Shown here: piece by piece, positions 13,518 to 23,946 of the stretch
How the letters are laid out: each line of letters starts with the position of its first letter
Numbering within the stretch: the stretch's first letter is position 1
Source: Raja brachyura
Lineage: Eukaryota
NCBI GenBank assembly: GCA_963514005.1
Contig: OY740804.1
Location: 23,436,001-23,500,000 of the forward strand
Direction of reading: 5' to 3'
Length of the DNA: 64,000 bases
The notes under the pieces: generated by a model
Told to the model about the DNA's origin: nothing
The model's database searches: none
What the model saw: the letters and a program-made list of their open reading frames with translations, nothing else
Program-made: the position numbers and the translations under genes

Positions 13518-13753
13518 TTGTTTTAAAGAAGGAACTGCAGATGCTGGAGAATCGAGGGTTACACAAAAAGCTGGAGAAACTCAGCGGGTGCAGCAGCATC
13601 TAAGGAGTGAAGGAGATAGGCGACGTTTCGGGTCGAGACCCTTCTTCAGACTCTGAAGTCTGAAGAAGGGTCTCGACCCGAAACGTCGCCTATCTCCTTC
13701 ACTCCTTAGATGCTGCTGCACCCGCTGAGTTTCTCCAGCTTTTTGTGTAACCC
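13518..13753. mobile_element. Penelope-derived palindromic non-autonomous element with two minimal hammerhead motifs
   Basis: Perfect inverted arms 13556-13652 and 13657-13753 (97 bp, 4-nt loop); direct repeat CAGCAAAGAAATACA at 13503-13517 and 13753-13767. Confidence 0.8.
13660..13687 (+). ncRNA. Minimal hammerhead ribozyme motif (mirror copy on - strand at 13622-13649)
   Basis: CUGAAGA-A-GGGUC(UC)GACCC-GAAA-CG-UC: core CUGANGA/GAAA, helix II, palindromic ACGU in place of helix III, GUC cleavage triplet. Confidence 0.65.
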
Positions 13754-14660
13754 AGCAAAGAAATACAGTTGTATGAAAAATGACCTGTTGGTCTGTATCA
13801 TTTTAGTGAAATTTCTAAGTTGTTGCCATATTAAGCGGAAACATTTCACATAGTTGATACAGCGAGGTTTGAATTCCTGACATCTCATAAACTAAATATA
13901 TTAGCAGCATTTATTTCTGCAAAAAAAAAAGGAACCACAAGTGCTGGCTTACCAATGAAAGACACAAAGTTCTGGAGTAATTCAGTGGATCAGGCAGCAT
14001 CTCTGAAGAACGTGGCTAGGTGATGTTTATGGTCAGGACCCCTCTGCAGATTTTTTTCCTCAGCGTATATTTCAGAAAACAAAGTGCTACTTTAGAGGTA
14101 CAGCACAGAAAGAGGCCCTTCAGCCCACGGAGTCAACACCGACCAGCGATTAGCCTGTACATTAGCACTGGCCCACTCACAAGGGACAATTTATAATTTT
14201 CAATCAAAGCCAATTAACCTTCCAATCTGTGCGTCTTTGGAGTGTGGGAGGAAACCCACGCGGTCAAAGGCAGAATATCCAAACTCCATGCAGATAGTTA
14301 GGATCGAACCTGGGTCTCTGGCGCTGGAAGGCAGCAACTCCTCCACTCCTGTGCTGCCCTTTTTTAAGATCTCCCACTGCAGCAAGGTCCCTTCTGTTTT
14401 AGATCAATCAGAAGTGCCTCCCTACCAATGGGTTACTTATTCCTAAAGCTTTCTGGAGTTATATCCCATATCTCCTCCCTGTGTTCACATGTTAGGGAAT
14501 CTTTGAGTTACTACAAAGGTGACCCTTATCAAGATTTCCACTTTTGCCACATATTCCATTTAATAAGAGAGTGGCCATTGTAAATACCCTCATTAGATTA
14601 ATTTAGAGATACTGCAAGGAAGCAGGACCTTCGGCCCACCGTGTCCATGCCAACCATCAA

Positions 14661-14906
14661 GGGGGGGTGGGGGAGGGGGGTGTGGGGGAGTGAGTGTGTG
14701 TGGGGGAGGGTATGTGTGTGGGGGAGGGGGTGGGGGAGAGTGTGTGTGGGGGGGAAGGGGGTGTGTGTGGGGGAGGGGGAGTGTGTGGGGGAGGGGGAGT
14801 GTGTGGGGGAGGGGGAGTGTGTAGGAAGGGGGAGTGTGGGGAAGGGGGAGGTGTGGGGAAGGGGGAGGTGTGGGGAAGGGGGAGGTATGGGGGAGGGGGA
14901 GGGGGG
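14661..14906 (+). repeat. G-rich low-complexity repeat, (GTGTGTGGGGGAGGGGGA)n-like
   Basis: Seen directly; explains the spurious Gly/Glu and Pro/His ORFs here. Confidence 0.92.
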
Positions 14907-15854
14907 CTCACACTCTGCTCACCCCGCACCTTCAGCTTTCAGCCTCATGCAGCAGATCCCGGTCCCACTCCGGCTTCACTCAGAGGCTTCCGGTTCAACT
15001 CAGCATCTTCCGTCTGGTCGTGCTGGTCGTCGCAGAAGCAGCCCGCGACCTGCTGACTCCCCGCAAGCCGCTTATTCTCCGCAAGCCGCTGACTCCCCAC
15101 GAGCCGCTCAACACACTGCGCCCCTTCAGCTTTTTATTTTCCTCACCGCGTTATTGACAGCGGGTTCTGGAAGGAGAGGTTTTTACGATTTTTAAACCTT
15201 CATAACTTTTGTACTATTTCACCGATTGGAACAAAACTTATTTGAATTGCAACAGAGGAGAATGGAGAGTAAGGTGGCAAAAAATTGTAGCGTTAATGGG
15301 GGATCGTTTTTGCACAAATTTAATTATAACACAGACCGGAAGTGGTCAAGATTTGAGTTTTAGTAATAGTATAGACAACAAATTCCATTTATGTGGCAGA
15401 TCCCAGATGTTTTGACAAAGAGCCAAGGACGAGACCCTAATTTTCCTGCAATTTTAGATTCAATTACTAGATATCACTCAATAAAGAGATACTGAGTATC
15501 TTTGTCACAAGTGAACAAACTATGATCTTCATGGACTGTGGCTCTAGTTGCACTATGGATTTCTTTTTTTTTTGCACTATTATACATCCCATTAATTTAT
15601 TGAATTTTTGATTATATATTATCCATGTGTTATTGCATTAATAGGCCGGTTAAGCTGCAGCAAGTAAAGGGCCTGTCCCACTTGGCCGTCATTTGCGCGT
15701 CACGCAAACGCAAATTTGTCTTTTTACTGTTCATTTTTGTGTTCACTGCATTTCCACGTTCGGTTCAGGAATTAGTTTGTTTATTATATTTAGTTTTTTT
15801 CTCCTCATTGTTGCTGGGGGCCGTATTTCACAGGACACTCTCCCTTAGCTGGTC

Positions 15855-15998
15855 TTCTTCTTCTTCTTCTTTCGTGTGGCGTGCACAGCCTAAAGTTGTT
15901 GGACAACTTGTTCTATTTGATCTTCCATTTGTGCACGTCGAGTTGATTGCATTAGTCGAAACAGGGCGGACCACGTGAAGGTTGCAATCTTCCACCCC
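15855..15998 (-). mobile_element. Ribozyme-headed short non-autonomous retroposon, copy 3
   Basis: 5' HDV-like ribozyme, structured body, (GAA)n tail; TSD TTAGCTGGTC at 15845-15854 and 16001-16010. Confidence 0.88.
15945..15998 (-). ncRNA. Minimal HDV-like (CPEB3-type) self-cleaving ribozyme, best copy
   Basis: GGGGUGG-AA-GAUUGCA-ACC-UUCACGU-GGU-CCGCCCU-GU-UUCGA-CUAA-UGCAAUC: P1 7 bp with G1.U wobble, P2 7 bp, P3 3 bp, L3 UUCACGU, J4/2 CUAA containing the catalytic C. Confidence 0.85.
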
Positions 15999-16338
15999 CA
16001 TTAGCTGGTCGAGGAGATGCGACTGTGTCTCTTCTGTCCAGCTACTTCTGCATCGGTCTCCTCGCACCCCTCAGTACCTCGGGATCTCCCACGTAGAGCG
16101 TCACTGCGCCTGTGGAGAGCTCCGTCCTGACCCACGCCAGGGGTGTCCCAGACCCCTTCCATCCGGCGGCTTCTGCATCGGTCTCCTCGCACCCCTCGGT
16201 ACCTTGGGATCGCCCACGCTGATCGTCCCTGCGCCCATGGAGCCCTCCGTCCCGACCCACGCCTGGGGTGCCCAGACCCACATGCAGGAGCCGCTCTCGA
16301 CCATGCTATTCCTTCCTCCGGTTCTGGGGGGGGTGTCC

Positions 16339-16626
16339 TGTGGCGTCAGCCTAAACACGGGCCACTTATGCTCGAACCCTCGTCAGGAGATGCGAGGGCA
16401 GGCACGTTATGTCATGGGCTAGAGGGAATGTCCTGGTACTTAAGGTCTCTCACCTCGAGACCTAGGAGGAGTCAACAGGTAGCTGAGCCCGCGAGTATAA
16501 CCTCGCTCAGCTACAGCAGCATTGTAACATGGTTAGCGCACCAACTTAACGCGTCACCACTGAATAAACAACACTTTGAACTGGCCTGACGTCTCACCTT
16601 TATTCACCACATATGGTGCCGCTACA
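16339..16626 (+). mobile_element. 3' LTR of a Gypsy-like element, preceded by a polypurine tract and GC-rich internal remnant (from ~15810)
   Basis: G8 tract at 16326-16333; TGTGGCG...CGCTACA termini; TATAA at ~16496; AATAAA at 16563. Confidence 0.6.
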
Positions 16627-17404
16627 TCATAAGTGATAGGAGCAGAATCAGGCCACTCAGCCCATAAAGTCTACTCCGCCTTTCAATCGTGGCTGATCTA
16701 TCTATCCCTCCTAACCCCATTCTCCTGCCTCCTCTCCATAACCCCTGATACCCGTACTAATCAAGAATCTATCTATCTCCGCCAAAAAAAATCCATTGAT
16801 TTGGCCTCCACAGCCGTCTATGGCAAAGAATTCCACAGGTAGATTAATCAACATGAATTCCTGATTGAACAGACTGTTTTGTGAAATAAAGTTGTTTTCC
16901 AGAGGTATCCATGTGCTCCCTGGTTTTATTTTGCAGTGATAATTTAGCCTGACCTCGATTAACTTTTGTGTGAAAGCTCGAGCGAATCTCCCAGACATTT
17001 AATCTGTCGGCTGTATTACAACTGGCAAGCCAATCAATTTGCTTCTGTCTCATTGGCTAAAGTGCATTAAATGACCTCAAAGTCAGGCTAAGCAGGTTTA
17101 TTTCATTTAAGGAATAGCTGTTTGGATTTTCATCTTCTGAAATAAAACACAGGGAACAGAACTAATTTGGTGGGTTTTTTTTTAGCTCCTCACCTCACAA
17201 TCACGTGACACAATGCAAACCCTCGAAGGCGATTAGAGAGTGCCACTTAAATACCAATTTGTACCACAGGAAGTCGGCGCAGGTCCAGTGATTCAATAAT
17301 TACAGAGAAAGTAGGAAGAACTGAACCTCTTAAAGACAATGCTCACAGGGTATAAGTGGAGAAGGCCAGAGTGCACGTCTGCAAAATCCAACATTAATTC
17401 AAAT

Positions 17405-17945
17405 CAAGCTGGAAAGGGCGCAGAGAAGATTTACAAAGAACTTGCCAGTACTCAAGGGCCTGAGCTATAGGGGGCGGTTGAGCAGGTAGGACTTTATTCC
17501 TTGGAGTGCAGGAGAATGAGGAGTGATCTTATAGAGGTGTACAAGATCATGAGGGGAATAGATAAGGTAAATGCACAGTGGTGTATAAAATCATGAGGGG
17601 AATAGAGATGGTGACTGCACAATCCTTTACCCAGAGTAGGGGAACTAAGAAGCAGGGGACATGGGCTTCAGGTGAGGAGGGGTGGAAACTATTTAATAGG
17701 AACCCAAGGAGCAACTTTTTTTTATAAACACGCAAAGAGTGGTCGGTGAAGGGAACAAATAAACTACCTGGAGAGGGTTGTTGAGGCAGGTACTATCACA
17801 TTTAAGAAACATTTGGACAGGTACATGGATTGGATAGGTTCAGAGTGATATGGGTCAAATGCAGGCAGATGGGACTAGTGTAGATGGGGTATGTTGGGCG
17901 GCGTGGGCAAGTAGGGCCGAAGGGCCTGTTTCCACGCTGTATGGC
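17405..17945 (+). mobile_element. Decayed CR1-like LINE 3' fragment
   Basis: KLERAQRRFT...RRMRSDLIEVYKIMRG motifs; ends in GGGCCGAAGGGCCTGTTTCC. Confidence 0.75.
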
Positions 17946-20900
17946 TGACTCGATGTGCCTATTTCATTGAATCTGCTGGGAAATAGAAAAAGTTCAATTA
18001 TGAGCCAAGAACTCAGAGAGAATGATAAGGAATTGTTTAAACTAAAACACAAGTAGTACGGAGCACAGACACAATAACGGGTTGTATATGGGTGTATATA
18101 CAGCACAGGAACAAGCCATTCTGCCCACAATGACTGTGCCGAACATGATGCCAAGATCAACTACCGCATCTGCTTGCACATGAACCATATCCATGAGTCT
18201 GTCTAAAAGCCTCTTAAATGTTACTTTGTCTGAATGTCGACCCGAAACGTTGCCAACTCCTTTTCTCTATAGATGCTGCATCACCCGCTGAGTTTGTCCA
18301 GCATTTTTTGTCTACTTTCGACTTTTCCAGCATCTGCAGTTCCTTAAATGTTACTATTGTATCTTTGCCCGCAGGGCCTGTTTCTACGATGTGTCTCGAA
18401 ACTAAACATTATTCAATTTTGATTTTGATTTTTAAACACATTTCCTCTTACACAATGCAAAGAGTAAAGGAGGTATTGAATTAAATCATGTTTCCACAGA
18501 ACTTTTATGACCCGTTTCCTTTCATAAGCACCGTAATGCAGGATTAAACCGCACTGTGTTAAGCAGGGGGGAGATCTCCAACAGTGTGCATCAGATTACA
18601 TTCATTGACTTGTTTAGGTTCCCAAAGCTTTCATTATGAGGAAAAGCTGATTAATAGATAAACCTTTTCCCTTCCACGATCGAATAAGTCATGGATATCC
18701 AATTAATCCTGTCTTTTATAATCACTGGTAATATTGCCTTGCCAGTAGCTCTTCTTACCATGGGACTTTTTATATTTTATTCCTGTAAGTTATGTGTACT
18801 GAGAAAAAGCCAGAAGATAAAAAGTTGTTTCTCCAAACCTTAAAGAAACCCAAGCAAAACACAAAGGAACTGCAGGTGCTGGAATCTTGAGCAAAACACA
18901 AAGTGCTGGAGGAACTCAGTGGGTCAGGCAGCAACTGGGGAGGGAAATGGGTAGGTTGGAACCCTTCCTCAGACTGATGGACAGGTGACATTTCGGGTTG
19001 GGATTCTTCCTAAATCCCAAGTGGCTGTGAAGACCAAGAACACTCAATTGTAGAAAAGGTAAGTGTCCCGATCCAAAATGTCTCCTGTCCATTCCCTCCA
19101 CAGATACTATCTGACCTGCTGAGTTCTTCCAGCACTTTGTGATTTATTATATACAAATGATTATTACAAAACGAACAATGAACATTTTAAAAAAAAATTA
19201 AGTCCCCAAAATTTTTGAGGTATCTGTAATTGGAAAATCTAAAACAAATAAGTTTATGTTCTATACAGAAACAAGGAATTGCAGATGTTGGATTACAAAA
19301 AAAAACACACATAGGACTGGAGTAACTCAACAGGTCCAGCAGCATCCCTAGAGAACATGGATAGGTGATGTTTCAGATTGGGAACCTTCTTCAGTCCCAA
19401 AATGTCACCTACAGGTATCCATGTTCTCCAGAAATGTTGCCTGAGCTGCAGAGTTACTCCAGCACTTTGTGTCCTTTTGTGTAAATTAGCATCCGACGTT
19501 CCTTGTTTCTACATTTTGACTGCCCTACTGCGAGATCCTCAGGATTTGCACACTTTGAAGAAGTTTTCCTCCTCTCTCTGACAGGAATTTTTTGAGACCC
19601 TCTGCAATTCCGACCCAAAACATCTCCTATCCACGTTCTCCAGAGATGCTGTCTGACGCACTGAGTGACTCCAGCATTTTGTGTCTTTTTTTTTCAGTCT
19701 AGTTTCAACATTGCCCAATAGTTGTTGGCGTTTCCCCGCCATTGCTTGTCAATGTGCAATGTTTTGCATTAAAGAGACGTCAAGTTTGGAACCCACGGGA
19801 GAATGTACAATATTCCTCCTGTCTGCTGTGCTACATCTGTTTTGTATCTGGTGTCTCTTAAGCTGCTTATTGAAGTTAAATGGGGGAAGTCAAAAAATAA
19901 ATTAATTTGAAAGCTGTAAAGCTCCATCGTAACCAAATGCAATAAGGTTGATTTAAAGACACTTTACACTCATGGTGCTGTGCCAAAATTCCCATTCGTC
20001 ACTTGACCACATAGACAAATTTAATAACTGCATTATTATCAAAGGAGTTCCTTAAAAAGTATAAAAACTGTTCAAGAAAATAAAATTGAAAATAACAATG
20101 ATAAAAATAAATTTGTTTAAAATGGACACCACCGGAAAAATAGAAGTACAGTAAATGCTTGTTTTAACGGACCTCTTTATAATGGATTTGGCCAAGGCGG
20201 ATGGATCTACCTACGACTGCTAATGGCACCGCCGGCTTTCTCGGCCTCTTCCAGGCCTCACCTGGATTCCAGGCCTCGGTCCGGACCACGAGTCTGAAGA
20301 AAGGTCTCCACTCAAAGTGTCACCTATCCATGTTTTCCAGAGATTCTGCCTAAACCGCTGAGTTACTCCAGCACTTTGTGTCCTTTTGTGTATTAACCAT
20401 CAACTGCAGATAGAAACATAGAAACATAGAACCATAGAAAATAGGTGCAGGAGTAGGCCATTTGGCCATTCGAGCCTGCACCGCCATTCAATATGATCGT
20501 GGCTGATCATCCAACTCAGTATCCCGTACCTGCCTTCTCCCAATACCCCCTGATCCCTTTAGCCACAAAGGCCACATCTAACTCCCTCTTAAATATAGCC
20601 AATGAACTGGCCTCAACTACCTTGTTTGTTTGTTTCTACTACTTACACAATGACCTTTACTCGGGGTATAGCAGACAATTGGTAATAATGGACACTATTG
20701 ACACCACCCCCCCCCCCCCCCACCCCTCCCAAGAGTAACTGACTTAAATGTGTCCATTGAGTTAAGAGAAGATACATAATGCTATAATCATACGTACATA
20801 TCAGTGTGATCAATCAACATAACTGATTTGCACCTTCTTTCAAATTCACAAACTAATAAACAGCCCATTTTGATATTGTGTAAAGTGCAAGATAAAATAC

Positions 20901-21453
20901 TACCCAGCACTGGACAAAGCAAATATTTGCATTCTACTTTTGATTATTAATGATTAATCACATAAAATAAATTTAGTTTTGGCTCAGTATGATGTCATAG
21001 AGTCGGAGTCATACAACACGGAAACAGGCCCTTCGGCCCAACTTGTCAATGCCGACCAAAATGCCCCCATCTGCTATCACCAGACAACAATACACCATCC
21101 AATCAATAACTGGATAACACTCCTGAACTACTATCTACCTCATTGGTGATCCTTGGACTATCTTTAATGGGACTTTACCTTGCTTTAAACATTATTCCCT
21201 TAATCTGTACATTGTGGATGGCTCAATTGTACTCATGTACAGTCTTTCCGCTGACTGGTTAGCACACAACAAAAACCTTTTCACTGTACCTTGGAATATG
21301 TGACAATAAACTAAACCAAATCATCTATACTAGTCCCATCGAGTCCAAATAACAGACAAATTACAGAGTATGAAGAAGGGTCTGAACTCGAAATATCACC
21401 TTTCCACATCCTCCAGAGACGCTGTCTGATCAGTTAAGTTACTCCAGCATTTT

Positions 21454-22446
21454 AACCATATAACAATTACAGCACGGAAACAGGCCCTCTCGGCCCTTCC
21501 AGTCCGTGCTGACCATTTATTTTCCCCAAGACCCATCAACCTGCACTCAGACCATACCCCTCCATTCCCCTCCCGTCCATATACCTATCCACTTTACTTT
21601 TAAATGTTAAAATCGATCCTGCCTCCACCACTTCTGCTGGAAGATCATTCCACACAGCCACCACTCTCTGAGTAAAGCAGTTAACCCTCATGTTACCCCT
21701 AAACTTCTGTCCCTTAATTCTCATGTCATGACCTCTTGTTTGAATCTTCCCTACCCTCAATGGGAAAAGCTTATCCACGTCAACTCGGTCTATCCCTTTC
21801 ATCGTTTTAAAGACCTCAATCAAGTCCCCCCGTAACCTTCTGCGCGCCAAAGAATAAAGACCTAACTTGTTCAACTTTTCTCTGTAACTTAGTTGCTGGA
21901 ACCCAGGCAACATTCTAGTAAATTTCCTCTGTACTCTCTCTATTTTGTTGACATCCTTCCTATAATTAGGCGACCAAAATTGTACACCATACTCCAGAAT
22001 TGGTCTTACCAATGCCTTGTACAATTTTAACATTACTTCCCTACTCCTATATTCAATGCTCTGATTTATAAAGGCCAGCACACCAAAAGCTTTCTTTACC
22101 ACCCTATCTGCATGCGATTCCACCTTCAGGGAACTATGCACAGTTATTCCTAGATCCCTGTGTTCCACAGCATTCCTCAATTCCCTACCATTTACCATGT
22201 ACGTCCTATTTTGATTTGTCCTGCCAAGATGTAGCACTTCACACTTATCAGCATTAAACTCCATCTGCCATCTTTCAGCCCACTTTTCCAAATGGCCCAA
22301 ATCTCTCTGTAGACTTTGCAAATCTACTTCATTATCCACAGCAGCACCTATCTTAGTATCATCTGCATACTTACTTATCCAAATTTCCACCCCATCATCC
22401 AGATAATTGATGTACTTAATGATAAGTTAAGTTATAGTTCACTTAT
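21454..22446 (-). mobile_element. Young 5'-truncated CR1/HER1-like LINE
   Basis: Open 284-aa frame 21536-22390 (KYADDTK, FNADKC, LVRPILEY, RRRLRGDLI); 22-bp TSD AGTTAAGTTACTCCAGCATTTT at 21432-21453 and 22447-22468. Confidence 0.92.
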
Positions 22447-23484
22447 AGTTAAGTTACTCCAGCATTTTGTGTTTATCTTTGGTGTAAACTGCAGTGTTTG
22501 CTTCTCCATTTTATATGTTCCACTGCAATATCTCCTTAAGGCACGTCTCCTTTGAATAAGTTCTCCTCCTCTCTCCAACAGGAGTTCTGCAACACCCACT
22601 CTTTTTTCATCTTCATCTCTTCACCAACCCTTCCCTTCGTTACTTTCAGTGTGAAGAAGGGTCTCGACCCCAAACGTCCTTTATCTCCAGACTGCCTGAC
22701 CCGCTGAGTTACTCCAGCACTTTGTGCCTTGTCTTGGCCCACTTTCCACTTTAACCCACTGTCTTCCTTGCCCCATTGTGCATGCCCCTTTACAGAGGGG
22801 CAATTCTTCCAGTTTTATTCAGATAGTAGTTTACATATAATACAAGCAATCACATATTCAAAAAGTCATTTCACGCAGTCATTTCATTTCAATCCACTTT
22901 ACCTGCTTCCAGGGAGGGAAAACAGCCCACCAGCCTGAAAAAGGGTTCGCTCCCCGAAATGTCGCCCATCCATGTCCTCCAGAGTTACTCCAGCACTTTG
23001 TGTCTTCTTAAAAAATAAATCGGCATCTGCAGTTCCTTGTGTCGACAAGATTAAGATGGCAGCTAATTTTAATCTAAACCATTACAATCTAAAAATCAAG
23101 AAAATGTGTAGACCCAGATGTCATTTGAAGATACAGACATTATTGCAGAGCAGAAAGAAAAGAATCCTTATGTGATTGATAATTAAGCAAAACATTCTAA
23201 CATTGGCCAATGCAAGAGGTGCTTATTCTCTTCCCCTGCTAAATAGAGAGACTCTGCAACAAATCAGCTAATTTCACTGTTCAGAATTATGCGTATTATA
23301 CAGTTGAGTTTTACAGCACTTTTGCAGGTGGAATCTTGAAATTACGGTCTAATTTTCCAAACTTTTCTTCAATTCAAACAATTCCACATGTTCTAAGGGA
23401 TTTGACACAGCTGTAAGCAATGATGATTAATTTGTCAGCAATCTAATCTAATTTAGTTTAAAGATACAGCATGGCCATGCTGAC

Positions 23485-23621
23485 TGTAGGAGCCATTTAT
23501 GTTTAGGCTAGCTAATGGTGGCATATTATATTATTTTGTCTGGATAAATCTTGCAGTATTATTTAGGACACTAGGGGGCGGTCATTAGATGCACAGAGAG
23601 GTATATATATATATATATATA

Positions 23622-23678
<57 letters not shown>

Positions 23679-23946
23679 GCATAGGGGACAGGGAGTGGCA
23701 GACCAGGCACAGGGGTGAAGAGCATACAGTTCTCACCAGACCGGGAGAACAGCTAGCTACAACTTGTACGCAGAATAAGGAAAACCTGGTCAACTCTTTG
23801 TTTGTACAACTACTTCTTTAAATTAAACTGGAAATAACGACTGGAAAATCTGTTCTATTTAGTCTGCGTAAGATCACTCCTGCTTACCTGTGTAGTAATG
23901 GCAGCGGAAAGTTGGACACTGGAAGAGTCGGAAATTTGCCATTACA
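23485..23946 (+). mobile_element. Solo LTR inserted in a SINE
   Basis: TGTAG...TTACA termini; 5-bp TSD CTGAC/CCGAC; internal (TA)n where a TATA box is expected; ATTAAA at ~23822. Confidence 0.7.
23602..23676. repeat. (TA)n microsatellite inside the solo LTR
   Basis: Seen directly. Confidence 0.95.

Noticed and set aside
14641-15195. Gly/Glu-rich and Pro/His-rich ORFs
   Set aside because: These are translations of a G-rich simple repeat.
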